Of a DNA stretch of 64,000 bases, positions 10,031 through 19,771 are shown in pieces. The position numbers and the translations under genes were made by a program. The stretch covers positions 620,115 through 684,114 of the forward strand of contig OZ246408.1 of NCBI GenBank assembly GCA_965231015.1, read 5' to 3'. The stretch is from an uncultured Gammaproteobacteria bacterium. Its GTDB lineage: Bacteria; Patescibacteriota; Patescibacteriia; UBA9934; CAZDDW01. The notes under the pieces were generated by a model, which saw only the letters and a list, made by a program, of their open reading frames with translations, had not been told where the DNA came from and made no database searches. Position 1 is the first letter of the stretch. Each line of letters starts with the position of its first letter.

Positions 10031-11179
10031 TTATCCAAAAATCGAAAACCCAATTTCAGCTAAAGCCCCGGCAATAAACACAAAAGCAATAACGGCCAAA
10101 ATCCACATTGGAACCCTGAATACACTCTTGCGTTTCTTCATCTTTTTAAGCATGTTCGAATAGATGGCAATAATAACAACTGCAGTGGCTGAACCAAAAA
10201 CCGCACCTGTAAACGAAATTACGGTTATAAACTCGCGCAGTCCAAGGAAAAACAACAATCCGGGAACACCGATCGTTAGCGCCCAAGCCAACGTGTTTTT
10301 CATTTTGAAATCAAACAATAGAGTGTCTTTTACTTCAATCCCGGCCACCATAAAGACAGAGATAAGCGTGATTGATCCAAGCAACGATCCAAGCACAGCA
10401 ATGGTTGGACCAAGCGCCACCCCTAGCCCGGACAACGCATCATCTGTAATCAAATTACCGCTAGCACCCATAACCACAACCGCAAAAGCGATGTACAGCA
10501 ACAAAATCACACTCATGGTAATAATCACCGCTGGAAACATTTTTCGCTCGTGTTTTTCACCAAGAATATCGTGCATTTCCGGAGTGATACCAAGTCCGGC
10601 CATGGCAAAAAGAATCACCCCATACGGCAGTAAAACCTTATCCCAATTTACACTCATCAGGTGTGCAGTATCAACATGAGGAACCCCGGCTACAATAATG
10701 ACCCCAAACAAAAACAATAACAATAGCACAATGGCTGTTTCAGCCCGGGCAATAAACTTAAGTCCAAACCATAAAAATATGGCCTCAACTACAAAAAAGA
10801 CAGCACTATAAATAAAGGGTTCACCGCCAAAGATTGGTCCCAGCAACAACCACAAAAATTGACCGGCAATAATAACATAAGCCACCATGGCACCCCACAC
10901 CGTTCCAAACATTAAAGCAGTAGCCAACCATTTCCATTTTGTTCCAAGATACTTTTTAGCTAAACCACCCAGTCGACAATGGCCGGGAGTCTGAATCGTG
11001 ATTTCGGCATACAGCATCTGCAAAACAATCAGCAACGCTCCAATCAACAAGATCTCAACCAGCCCGATCCAAAAACCAGATTGAGCAAAAGCATACGGAA
11101 TACCAAATACTCCGGTACCAACAATAGCTCCGAACATGGCGGCCATGGCACGAATCTGTTTTTTATTTCCTTCGGTCAT
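10031..11179 (-). CDS. Aromatic amino acid permease family transporter (Trp/Tyr, HAAAP-like)
   Basis: About 11 TM helices; GAIVGTGVFGIPY TM1 motif; start 11179 preferred because a hairpin occupies 11200-11226. Confidence 0.85.
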   Translation of the reverse strand: MTEGNKKQIRAMAAMFGAIVGTGVFGIPYAFAQSGFWIGLVEILLIGALLIVLQMLYAEITIQTPGHCRLGGLAKKYLGTKWKWLATALMFGTVWGAMVAYVIIAGQFLWLLLGPIFGGEPFIYSAVFFVVEAIFLWFGLKFIARAETAIVLLLLFLFGVIIVAGVPHVDTAHLMSVNWDKVLLPYGVILFAMAGLGITPEMHDILGEKHERKMFPAVIITMSVILLLYIAFAVVVMGASGNLITDDALSGLGVALGPTIAVLGSLLGSITLISVFMVAGIEVKDTLLFDFKMKNTLAWALTIGVPGLLFFLGLREFITVISFTGAVFGSATAVVIIAIYSNMLKKMKKRKSVFRVPMWILAVIAFVFIAGALAEIGFSIFG

Positions 11180-11199
11180 AACAAAGCTCATTATAACAT

Positions 11200-11226
11200 A
11201 AAATCGCCTCAACAAGAGGCGATTTT
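11200..11226 (-). terminator. Intrinsic terminator after the lipoprotein gene
   Basis: AAAATCGCCTC-aacaa-GAGGCGATTTT. Confidence 0.7.
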
Positions 11227-11237
11227 ATTCAGACCAA

Positions 11238-11801
11238 CTACATTTCAAAATCAAAACCCTCTAAATCCATTCCTTCAAACATGTCCTCGAACATTTGATC
11301 CATGTCACACACTTTTCCATCCGGCTTTAGCAAGCTGTTGTTAAATTTTTCACGATCACAATCAACCTTATACATAGCATTATCTTCGTACTGGGTGTAA
11401 TCGAATTCTTCCATGTCCTCTGATACTTCACCGTCTCCTTCTTCATAATATTCTTCAGTAGAAACAAACCAATCACATTCATCTGAACCCATCATGCTAC
11501 CAGAAGTGTAAAGTTTATCTCCGTTTTGGATAAAAACCGAGGTCATACCACCAAAATCAACCTCACCACGCATATCATCTCCCTTGATCCAATAGGTTGT
11601 TTCCATGCTTTCACTCTCATCATCTTCGGCAATAGTGACTCGACAAATAACTTCTTGACCTGAAGAAATAGCATCACTAATCTTGCCAAACTCAGCCTCA
11701 GCCGAACCAGCCGGAGCTTTTGACTGACCACAACCAGCACCGGTCAATACCAGTACCGCTATAATTGCAGTAATCGAAAAAACAAATCTCCGTTTTTGCA
11801 T
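11238..11801 (-). CDS. Acidic lipoprotein of unknown function
   Basis: Signal ending LTGAGC (lipobox); four additional Cys. Confidence 0.75.
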   Translation of the reverse strand: MQKRRFVFSITAIIAVLVLTGAGCGQSKAPAGSAEAEFGKISDAISSGQEVICRVTIAEDDESESMETTYWIKGDDMRGEVDFGGMTSVFIQNGDKLYTSGSMMGSDECDWFVSTEEYYEEGDGEVSEDMEEFDYTQYEDNAMYKVDCDREKFNNSLLKPDGKVCDMDQMFEDMFEGMDLEGFDFEM

Positions 11802-11818
11802 ATTGATATTTTCAATAT

Positions 11819-12247
11819 TTATTCAAATTTTATATAACACTTATTTTCCAGATAACACCGCACTCCGCGACGCGAAGCATCAAAGTGAGGTTCTGGCAAT
11901 TCTTTCGGATCAACCCAAAGCCACTCTTCACACTTTTCCGGTTCCATTATCTTGAGTTCCTTTTTGTAGCTTCGAGCCAATAACACGACCGAGATGTAAT
12001 GCAAACCACATTCTTTGTGTGTTTCAAGGTTATTTGTTACCGCAATCACTTCCGGGTTTTCAATATCTAAATCTGTCTCCTCTTTGATTTCCCGAACCGC
12101 CCCATCTTCAAACTTTTCCCCCATTTCCAGGTGACCCCCAGGAATCGAATAATACGGCGCGTGAGCATTAATCCGCTTCCCTATCAAAATATTCCCCTCC
12201 TCATTCACAATTATCACTCCTAAGCCAACTTTGGGACACTCAGACAT
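11819..12247 (-). CDS. NUDIX hydrolase (NUDT15/MutT-like)
   Basis: PGGHLEMGEKFEDGAVREIKEETDL Nudix box; EPEKCEEW motif. Confidence 0.92.
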   Translation of the reverse strand: MSECPKVGLGVIIVNEEGNILIGKRINAHAPYYSIPGGHLEMGEKFEDGAVREIKEETDLDIENPEVIAVTNNLETHKECGLHYISVVLLARSYKKELKIMEPEKCEEWLWVDPKELPEPHFDASRRGVRCYLENKCYIKFE

Positions 12248-12359
12248 TTTTTTACATTAATTGTGGATATTATAGCACAAAAATCGTGGAGGTATAACTG
12301 ACTTAAAACAGAGGCCGTGTTAAAGATCAGTCATCGAAAAAAAACTGAAGGAGAATAGC

Positions 12360-12713
12360 ATGAACGAACAACGGTAAAATCCTTCTGAACAACTGACCGC
12401 CAACCCATGGGCGATGCCGTTTCGTTTCGCGATCACGAGTGTATGCCACGCTGTCTGTGTGTGGGCCTGCATCAATCTCGGTTTTCGGAACCATGGTTGG
12501 TGATTCCTATTGGCCGGCGTCGCTGCATCCTTCGTGGGTCGTGCATACGTCAGCCATCGAGCAACACAACTGATCACCGAGCTCAAGGCCACACCACCCA
12601 GCCCCCCCTACGTCATCGGCACCTTCTGCTCAATCGATCTATTGCCTTCTCAGAGTAGATCTGTCTCGACCACACCCGATCCACCCCTACTCCGGGGAGT
12701 TATGTTTCTGTAG
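12360..12713 (+). pseudogene. Degraded small membrane-protein gene with two in-frame stops
   Basis: SD AAGGAG then ATG 12360; the same frame runs to TAG 12713, interrupted by TAA 12375 and TGA 12501; two hydrophobic segments. Confidence 0.5.
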
Positions 12714-13044
12714 AAGAATATTTTACTTGTTAATTTAGTTAAATGAACAATTAATTCAATAACAAAAAATCCTCTGTGATTATTTTAATAATCGAATTTG
12801 GGGAGTCTTATTTTCACTGATTTGACCACAAAAATACGTGTATGTCAAGTGGAAAACCGTCATTTCTAGCCCTGTTGATAAGTTTGTCCTTCTAGGGTAA
12901 GATAAACGGGCTAATATGCCCGGCAGGACAACTTTGAATTTGTGTTTGTCGTGCAAAATTAGACGTCCGCCAAGAAAATTTAAAAATTTGTTGGTTTTAC
13001 GCGATCTGCTTAACTAATTCTAACGATATAAATTCAAAGCTGTA

Positions 13045-14544
13045 ATGCCGGATATGAGTCAAAACGAACGAATTCCACCGCAAAATATTGAAGCCGAGCA
13101 ATCTTTACTTGGATCACTTTTAATTGATAAAGATGCCATTATTCGAATCGGTGACACTCTTCAGGTGAACGATTTTTATAAAGATTCACATCAAAAAATT
13201 TACGAAGCCATCACTTATCTTTTTGCCAGACATGAACCAATTGATATTTTGTCTGTGGGAAACCGTTTAGAAGAACAAGGTATCTTGGATAAGGTGGGCG
13301 GCCGTTCGTACCTTGTGGAACTGTCCAACGCAGTCCCCACCTCAATGCACGCTCATCATTACGCCAACATTATTCAAAAGAAAGCCACCCTGCGCCGGCT
13401 GATTAACTCGGCTTCCGAAATTACAGCCATGGGTTTTGAAGAGGCAGATGATGTTGAGGCGACTCTGGACAAGGCTGAACAAAGTTTGTTTTCTGTTTCA
13501 CAAAAATATCTCAAACAGGCTTTTACTTCAATTAGAAATGTTTTGTCTGACGCCTTTGAACGTATCGATGAACTGCACAAGGAACGTGGCAAGCTGCGCG
13601 GCATTTCAACCGGATACAAAGAACTTGATAATCTGCTTGGTGGACTTCAACGCTCGGACTTGATTATTTTAGCGGCTCGACCATCGGTTGGTAAGACCTC
13701 TTTTGCTCTAGACATTGCGCGCAATGCCGCAACCAAGACCAAGCTACCGGTCGGACTATTCTCGCTGGAAATGAGTAAAGAACAACTGACCGATCGTTTA
13801 ATTTGTGCTGAAGCCAACGTTGATCTTTGGAAGCTCCGGACCGGACGCTTGAGTGACCGTGATGACGACTTCCCTCGTATTGGTCAGGCTCTTGGAACCT
13901 TGTCTGAAGCTCCGATATTTATCGATGACACCCCCGGTGCCAACATTATGGAAATCAGGACCAAAGCTCGCCGCTTGCAAACTGAACACGGTCTTGGTTT
14001 GATTGTGATTGATTATTTACAACTTATGGAGGGTCGGACCGGCAACTCTGATAACCGAGTTCAGGAAATGTCTGAAATTTCGCGTGCTCTAAAAGGAATC
14101 GCTCGCGAGTTGAATGTCCCGGTGTTGGCTCTCTCCCAGCTCAACCGTGCCGTTGAAATGAATAAGCCGGCTATTCCACGTTTAGCCCACCTTCGTGAGT
14201 CCGGTTCTATTGAACAAGACGCTGATGTGGTAATGTTTATCTACCGAAAAGCCGCTGACAGAAACTACAACCTGGAAGACCTGTCTCCAGAAGAAAAACG
14301 TTTGGCTGAAATCCATATTGGTAAACATCGTAATGGACCCACGGGAATGGTTAAACTGTTATTTGATGCTAAACGAGCCAGTTTCCGTTCGCTCGATCGC
14401 GTCCGTCAAGCTCCATCTGGTGCTCCGCCACCTCCTGGAAAAGATCAAGCGAACCCAGCTGAAGCGAAAAATAAATCTGATAACTCAAATGAAGTCGCAC
14501 CTCCCCCTGTAGGAGCGGTCGACTCTAAAAAAGTACCATTTTAA
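13045..14544 (+). CDS. dnaB: Replicative DNA helicase
   Basis: PPQNIEAEQSLLG, AARPSVGKT, FSLEMS, IDYLQLM, LSQLNR, LRESGSIEQDAD, KHRNGPTG. Confidence 0.98.
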   Translation: MPDMSQNERIPPQNIEAEQSLLGSLLIDKDAIIRIGDTLQVNDFYKDSHQKIYEAITYLFARHEPIDILSVGNRLEEQGILDKVGGRSYLVELSNAVPTSMHAHHYANIIQKKATLRRLINSASEITAMGFEEADDVEATLDKAEQSLFSVSQKYLKQAFTSIRNVLSDAFERIDELHKERGKLRGISTGYKELDNLLGGLQRSDLIILAARPSVGKTSFALDIARNAATKTKLPVGLFSLEMSKEQLTDRLICAEANVDLWKLRTGRLSDRDDDFPRIGQALGTLSEAPIFIDDTPGANIMEIRTKARRLQTEHGLGLIVIDYLQLMEGRTGNSDNRVQEMSEISRALKGIARELNVPVLALSQLNRAVEMNKPAIPRLAHLRESGSIEQDADVVMFIYRKAADRNYNLEDLSPEEKRLAEIHIGKHRNGPTGMVKLLFDAKRASFRSLDRVRQAPSGAPPPPGKDQANPAEAKNKSDNSNEVAPPPVGAVDSKKVPF

Positions 14545-14547
14545 CTT

Positions 14548-14847
14548 ATGTTTCAAAAAATAAAAGCCGTTAAAGACCTGCGCAGTCAGGCCAAGGAAAT
14601 GCAAAACGCCATGTCCGAAATCACCGAGGTTGGTGAAGCGGCCTGGGGAAAAGTCAAGATTACTATCGATGGAAACCAGAACATCACCAATGTTGAAATT
14701 GATGAATCCATAATGGACAACCGGGAGAAACTACAAGAAGAGATCATGAACGCGTTTAATAATGGGTTAAAGAAAATTCAGAAAAAGATGGCCGGTAAAA
14801 TGAAAGAGATGGGTGGACTGGACGCACTCAAGAACTTCGATCTATAA
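14548..14847 (+). CDS. ybaB: YbaB/EbfC nucleoid-associated protein
   Basis: 99 aa with GKVKITIDGNQ; directly upstream of recR. Confidence 0.88.
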   Translation: MFQKIKAVKDLRSQAKEMQNAMSEITEVGEAAWGKVKITIDGNQNITNVEIDESIMDNREKLQEEIMNAFNNGLKKIQKKMAGKMKEMGGLDALKNFDL

Positions 14848-14850
14848 ACC

Positions 14851-15453
14851 ATGCGCAAGTTTCCTGAACCAATTGAAAACCTGGTTGCGGCGTTTGCCCG
14901 ACTGCCTGGCGTAGGGCCAAAAACGGCTCTGCGCTATGTTTTCTATTTATTGCGTTCGCCTCAGGGTGACATCGAATCATTCTCTCGAGCCTTACTTGAC
15001 CTGGCCAAAAATATAAAAGTTTGTGACACCTGTTTTACTTACACGACCGAGAATCGCTGTCACATTTGCTCGGACACTAAACGGTCAAGCTCGAGTCTTT
15101 GTGTAGTGGCAGAACCTCGAGATATTGCAACCATAGAGGCCACAAAACAGTTTGATGGGTTTTACCATGTGATCGGTGGAACACTTAACCCAATCGAGGG
15201 GGTTACTCCGGAAGTTTTGAACATTAAGCCTCTACTCGACCGCCTCGAAACCAATCCAGAGATTAAAGAAGTGATCCTGGCTTTTTCTCCTGACGTCCAA
15301 GGTGAGACCACAATTTTATATCTGACCAAACACATTAAACCTTTGGGCCGAAAAGTTACAAGACTCGCTCGCGGCCTGCCGCTCGGGGCAGACCTTGAGT
15401 TCGCAGACGAAATAACACTCGGCGACGCTATATCCGGCAGAAGAGAGACATAA
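14851..15453 (+). CDS. recR: Recombination mediator RecR
   Basis: LPGVGPKTA HhH, C4 zinc finger, TOPRIM, RLARGLP.GADLEFAD. Confidence 0.97.
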   Translation: MRKFPEPIENLVAAFARLPGVGPKTALRYVFYLLRSPQGDIESFSRALLDLAKNIKVCDTCFTYTTENRCHICSDTKRSSSSLCVVAEPRDIATIEATKQFDGFYHVIGGTLNPIEGVTPEVLNIKPLLDRLETNPEIKEVILAFSPDVQGETTILYLTKHIKPLGRKVTRLARGLPLGADLEFADEITLGDAISGRRET

Positions 15454-15524
15454 AACGAGCTAGCAAGGCTCGTTTTCGATTGACACGACCTACTTTATTT
15501 GATAAGAACGAGGAGGAGGTGCCC

Positions 15525-15869
15525 ATGTCCGTCGAAGACAAGCTCCTGCCTGGACACTTGGCGATAATGCGAATGATCGAGATCACGGTTCGCAACTCGA
15601 CCAAGACGCCAAAGCCCAGCAAGCAAGATCTCGCCAAGACTCCTGCTGTGCTGAACGCTCTGTTCCAAACCCTTCTCATGTGCAACATCCCGAAGGACGA
15701 CCTGAAGATCGTGATCGGTCGAAGCCGTAACGCCATCAGCAACATGCGCCCCGAAGTCGACACCAAGAGACTGTTCAAAATTACCAAGGAACTTGAAGCG
15801 CGCTCGAGCATCCGGCACCGCACCAAGGAAATCATCCGTGGGACAATTAGCCGCATCACCGGAAGGTAA
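15525..15869 (+). CDS. Hypothetical protein
   Basis: SD AGGAGGAGGT at 15511-15520, ATG 15525. Confidence 0.65.
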   Translation: MSVEDKLLPGHLAIMRMIEITVRNSTKTPKPSKQDLAKTPAVLNALFQTLLMCNIPKDDLKIVIGRSRNAISNMRPEVDTKRLFKITKELEARSSIRHRTKEIIRGTISRITGR

Positions 15870-15887
15870 TGAGGAAGGACTGGGTCA

Positions 15888-16178
15888 ATGAATTCGATCT
15901 ATGCTGAACTCGTAGAAACATACCTGCTGAACCAGATCAGCACCGCCAAGGGACTCATTGATTCGGACAACGCCTACTCCAATCTCGGAAGGCTGCTTGG
16001 CCGGATCGATGGAGCCGCGGCGACCTTGTTTCTCATCTGGCCCGAACTTGACCAAGAGACCCGGCGAAAAACCATCCTGGCTCTTGAGGAAGGTACCAAG
16101 ATCAAGGGAGGCCAGTTCTCACCTCTGCGCGATCTTTGCCAAGCTCACCACAACAAGCTCTCCAAGATCATCTTCTAA
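15888..16178 (+). CDS. Hypothetical helical protein
   Basis: GAGGAAGG upstream; follows the previous ORF; terminator downstream. Confidence 0.6.
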   Translation: MNSIYAELVETYLLNQISTAKGLIDSDNAYSNLGRLLGRIDGAAATLFLIWPELDQETRRKTILALEEGTKIKGGQFSPLRDLCQAHHNKLSKIIF

Positions 16179-16213
16179 CCAGAGAGAGTCATCAAGCAGC
16201 GTATACAAATTCC

Positions 16214-16250
16214 GAGCGGAACCCACCCAGGATCCCGCTCTTTTTTTATT
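16214..16250 (+). terminator. Probable intrinsic terminator
   Basis: GAGCGG...CCGCTC followed by a T-tract. Confidence 0.55.
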
Positions 16251-16629
16251 TTGCCAGATGTTCTTTTATTAATTCAATGTCTTGTTTGTCTTTTTCGCGC
16301 CCGAATCTACGTTTCCATTCGAGCACATGTTCAAGTCTTACATAAGGCCAACCATCAATCGTTTCAGCAGTTGAAATTAATTCTGCCTCATTTTCAAGCC
16401 ATGGCTGCCAGTTCCAAAAGATATCCACATCACCTACCACGATTTGCCCTTTTTCTTCATCAGTAATTCCATATTTTTTTGCGAGCTGATCCCACACCTC
16501 CTTTTTTACCAAAATATCCAAATCCCCCGGCTTTTTTAATCCACGAACAGCCATGGGTCCACTGCCAAAAATCGCAAACGAACCTTCGGGCAGATTAAGT
16601 TGTTTTAATTGATCAAGTAACTCGTTCAT
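16246..16629 (-). CDS. Small Pol-beta superfamily nucleotidyltransferase-like protein
   Basis: FAIFGSG...GDLDILV signature; C-terminal REKDKQDI; ATGA overlap with cca. Confidence 0.7.
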   Translation of the reverse strand: MNELLDQLKQLNLPEGSFAIFGSGPMAVRGLKKPGDLDILVKKEVWDQLAKKYGITDEEKGQIVVGDVDIFWNWQPWLENEAELISTAETIDGWPYVRLEHVLEWKRRFGREKDKQDIELIKEHLAK

Positions 16630-17849
16630 ATCAATGTTTTAACAAATTGTTTAGCTTCTTCTAGACTTGAGACTCTACCATCAAGTTGTGCCATATAAAC
16701 TTGTTCAAGCACGCGTCCTACTTCTTCTCCCTCTTTCATTCCGAGTTCGATTAAGTCGTCTCCACCCAGAATCCGGGGTTCAGGTACGTGATCGACTTCG
16801 AGACCTCGAGCCAGATCGAGCAAGTCTGATTCTTGGCCGAGGATACTTTGAATGCGAGCCAATTCCTCGATCGTGGCCGGAAACAGACGCGCCGCCAATT
16901 TCTTGATCTTTGCCGGGTTATCAGAATTGAACCCAAGCTCACGAATCAACCGCTCGATTCGATCAGTTCGTTCCATACTTATCTCAATTCCTCGTAAGAA
17001 CTTTTTGGGTTTTTGCATGTCGCTAGTCAGAATCACAAGCATAGTATTAAGCCGATCGTTTGGTTCAAGCTCGAGCTTTGCCGCCCGATCAAGCTCATCA
17101 AGTATTTGTTTTGAATACCCAGCCTCGAGTTCAGGGTGCAGTTGTTTGATGACCCCGATCTCTTGGGCTGCTGCGAGACCAACACTCGGTTTCGGTGATA
17201 AAGTTAACATCTTAACCCACTCTTCACCAATCCGACTAGCCGGCAAGCTGGTCATGTCCGTAGTTCGAGCGACTTCGAGCGTGGCGGGGTCGATCTTAAA
17301 ATCAAAGCGTCCAGCAAACTGAGCAGCTCGCAACGGCCGCAGTGGATCTTCACCAAATGAATCAGCGTCTACCATTTTGATTAACCCTGACTCGATATCT
17401 TTTACCCCACCGTACGGATCAACCACCTCATCCGTTAAAGGATCAATTCCAATCGCGTTCATGGTGAAATCACGGCGACGAAAAGCCTCTTCATGACTCA
17501 TGCCAGGATCATACTTGGTTTCTACATCCTTATGACCGGGACCAACCTGCCTATCCCTGCGTGGCAAAGACACGTCAACTCCATCCACTTGAAACACCTC
17601 AAACTGTTTTCCCACTTCTTGAACTTCACCAAAAGTCTTCAACAATTTTTCGAGCTTGTTCTTCTCTATCCCGTAAACCTCAACATCGATATCTTTGCTA
17701 ACAAGAACCTTTGCATCTTCTGGATCCTTTGCATCCCGTACATCTTCAATCATCCGATCTCTCGCATATCCACCCACGATCAAAGCTCGACCACCTGCTT
17801 CACGAACTGCCTTGGCTATTTTTTTTACTTTTTTAAATTGTTCTTTCAT
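16626..17849 (-). CDS. cca: Class II tRNA nucleotidyltransferase (CCA-adding)
   Basis: VGGYARD, KDIDVEV, RRDFTMNA, EDPLRPLRAAQF. Confidence 0.9.
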   Translation of the reverse strand: MKEQFKKVKKIAKAVREAGGRALIVGGYARDRMIEDVRDAKDPEDAKVLVSKDIDVEVYGIEKNKLEKLLKTFGEVQEVGKQFEVFQVDGVDVSLPRRDRQVGPGHKDVETKYDPGMSHEEAFRRRDFTMNAIGIDPLTDEVVDPYGGVKDIESGLIKMVDADSFGEDPLRPLRAAQFAGRFDFKIDPATLEVARTTDMTSLPASRIGEEWVKMLTLSPKPSVGLAAAQEIGVIKQLHPELEAGYSKQILDELDRAAKLELEPNDRLNTMLVILTSDMQKPKKFLRGIEISMERTDRIERLIRELGFNSDNPAKIKKLAARLFPATIEELARIQSILGQESDLLDLARGLEVDHVPEPRILGGDDLIELGMKEGEEVGRVLEQVYMAQLDGRVSSLEEAKQFVKTLI

Positions 17850-17902
17850 ATGCTTGACATTTTACACAAAAACCAAAATCCCGTCACTTAGACGGGACCT
17901 TG

Positions 17903-18214
17903 TTATTTGATGGATTCAATCTGTACTTCAGTAAAAGGTTGTCGGTGTCCGGTTTTTTTACGATAACGTGACTTTGACTTATATTTGATAACATCAATCT
18001 TCTTAGCTTTACCTTCACCAAGAACTTTACCCTTAACCTTGACACCATTAACAGTAGGAGTTCCGACTTTGACGTCTTTACCCTTTTCATCAGCCACGAG
18101 TAAGGCATCAAATTCTACCGACTTACCCTCTTCAAGATTAAGTTTTTCAACCTTGATGGTATCGCCTTCTTTAACTTTATATTGTTTTCCACCAGTTTTA
18201 ATGACAGCAAACAT
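17903..18214 (-). CDS. rplU: 50S ribosomal protein L21
   Basis: MFAVIKTGGKQYKV...GHRQPFT. Confidence 0.98.
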   Translation of the reverse strand: MFAVIKTGGKQYKVKEGDTIKVEKLNLEEGKSVEFDALLVADEKGKDVKVGTPTVNGVKVKGKVLGEGKAKKIDVIKYKSKSRYRKKTGHRQPFTEVQIESIK

Positions 18215-18261
18215 ATCTTGAAAATCTAATAACTTTTAACTTAGGGAACGGCGATATTGTA

Positions 18262-18735
18262 CTAATTTCCCCAATAAATGTCAAGATTATCTCCTGACTC
18301 AAGTTCATATTCCTCTGCAAAACCCGCAATTACCTCCAAAACCATATCGACCGGCTCACCTGACGAACGTCGCTCGATTTCATCATTTTTTGGAGCTGGC
18401 ACCGCAGTTTCAATACCGATTATTTTACCTTTATTCAGCCAAATTATATCAATATCAACTATCATTCCTTTCATCCAAAAAGTCTGAATTTCCGGTTCAT
18501 TATACACGAATAACATACCCTCTTTTCTACCCAAAGAACTGCGTCCAGACAACCCCTTTACCTTGTCCGGGACACTCCGAACCACCTCTGCCTGAATAAT
18601 AGTATCGTCCGGTAAAATTATGGTTGCCCGGCTTGGATCAACTGACTCCAGGGTGATTATCATCCAGGCAATTATAAGAACTGCGGTCGTGGTCACAGCC
18701 AGAAGAGTGATGATTTTTACCTGATGATTAGGCAT
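18262..18735 (-). CDS. DUF192 family protein
   Basis: N-terminal TM; GLSGR, GMLFVY, FWMKGM, DIDIIW, VLEV.AG. Confidence 0.9.
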   Translation of the reverse strand: MPNHQVKIITLLAVTTTAVLIIAWMIITLESVDPSRATIILPDDTIIQAEVVRSVPDKVKGLSGRSSLGRKEGMLFVYNEPEIQTFWMKGMIVDIDIIWLNKGKIIGIETAVPAPKNDEIERRSSGEPVDMVLEVIAGFAEEYELESGDNLDIYWGN

Positions 18736-19768
18736 GTTTTCGATCGAGTGTAGTTAAGCTCCAAGCAACCACCAACATTAGTACAAGCAAGGATCCTAAA
18801 GCAATAACTTTTTGTCCACTTTGCAAAAATAACGCACCTCCACCAAACATAATTGCTACGCCATAATAGACTAAACATACTTTACGTTGATTCCAGCCCA
18901 AATCGTATAAACGGTGATGTAAATGCTGTCGGTCACCCTGAAAAATTTTTTTGAAACCACCGCTTTGCCAACGACGCATGATCGACCAAGCCACATCAAG
19001 CGCTGGAATACCAATCACAAGCAAAGCAATAGCTAATTTTCCTCCTGATATAACCGCAAGTGTTCCAAGAAGATAACCAACGAATGTGGACCCCCCTTCC
19101 CCTAGAAAAATTAGGGCCGGATTGAAATTCCAAACCAAAAAACCAAGTAAGGCTCCGACTGCTACAAGAGCCAACAAAGCCACATCCGGTTGATAGTAGG
19201 CTGCAGTCAAGGCCAATAAACAAATCATGAAGGTTCCGATCGCACTAACCCCGGTAGCTAAACCATCCACCCCGTCTAGAAACTTGGTTGTGTACATAAC
19301 CCCCATCAACCACAAAAAAACCAAAACATCAGATTGCCAGCTGGTAAGTTCAATTACACCACCTAAGGGGTTGGTCAACTTGTCCACTTCAACCCCAAAA
19401 CCAATCACGAGCAAAGCGGCCACCACCGGAAACCAAAAAGCCACCTTCGGATTTAATCCATATCGGTCATCTACAAAACCACCAAACATGAGCACCAAGC
19501 CGCCCAACAAAAATCCAGAATAATGCCCTAAACCAACTTCTCCACTGGTCAAGGCGTCCCCATTTATCAAAATCAGGGCCATGGTACCGGCAATCGCCAA
19601 GAAAATGGCCAAACCACCCATGAGCGGAATTGGTGTTTGGTGTATCTTTCTTTTCCCATCCGGTCGATCAACCAGGTTGAACCTCAGAGCAATTCGAAAA
19701 ATCAACTGTGTAAAAACAAGGCTCAGGCCAAAGGCTAAGATAAACCATCCGATCCAGACAGAGGTCAT
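18728..19768 (-). CDS. MraY/WecA/TagO family undecaprenyl-phosphate GlcNAc-1-phosphate transferase
   Basis: RKIHQTPIPLMGG, VDD, DGVDGLA, NFNPALIFLGEGGS, DRQHLHHRL. Confidence 0.9.
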   Translation of the reverse strand: MTSVWIGWFILAFGLSLVFTQLIFRIALRFNLVDRPDGKRKIHQTPIPLMGGLAIFLAIAGTMALILINGDALTSGEVGLGHYSGFLLGGLVLMFGGFVDDRYGLNPKVAFWFPVVAALLVIGFGVEVDKLTNPLGGVIELTSWQSDVLVFLWLMGVMYTTKFLDGVDGLATGVSAIGTFMICLLALTAAYYQPDVALLALVAVGALLGFLVWNFNPALIFLGEGGSTFVGYLLGTLAVISGGKLAIALLVIGIPALDVAWSIMRRWQSGGFKKIFQGDRQHLHHRLYDLGWNQRKVCLVYYGVAIMFGGGALFLQSGQKVIALGSLLVLMLVVAWSLTTLDRKHA

Positions 19769-19771
19769 AGG

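Noticed and set aside
12360-12713. In-frame TGA suggesting genetic code 25 or selenocysteine
   Set aside because: The same frame also has a TAA, and TGA is a real stop in ATGA overlaps elsewhere (cca, mraZ, Clp partner)
17903-18214. rplU without adjacent rpmA
   Set aside because: Gene order scrambling is ordinary in such genomes; rpmA may lie elsewhere
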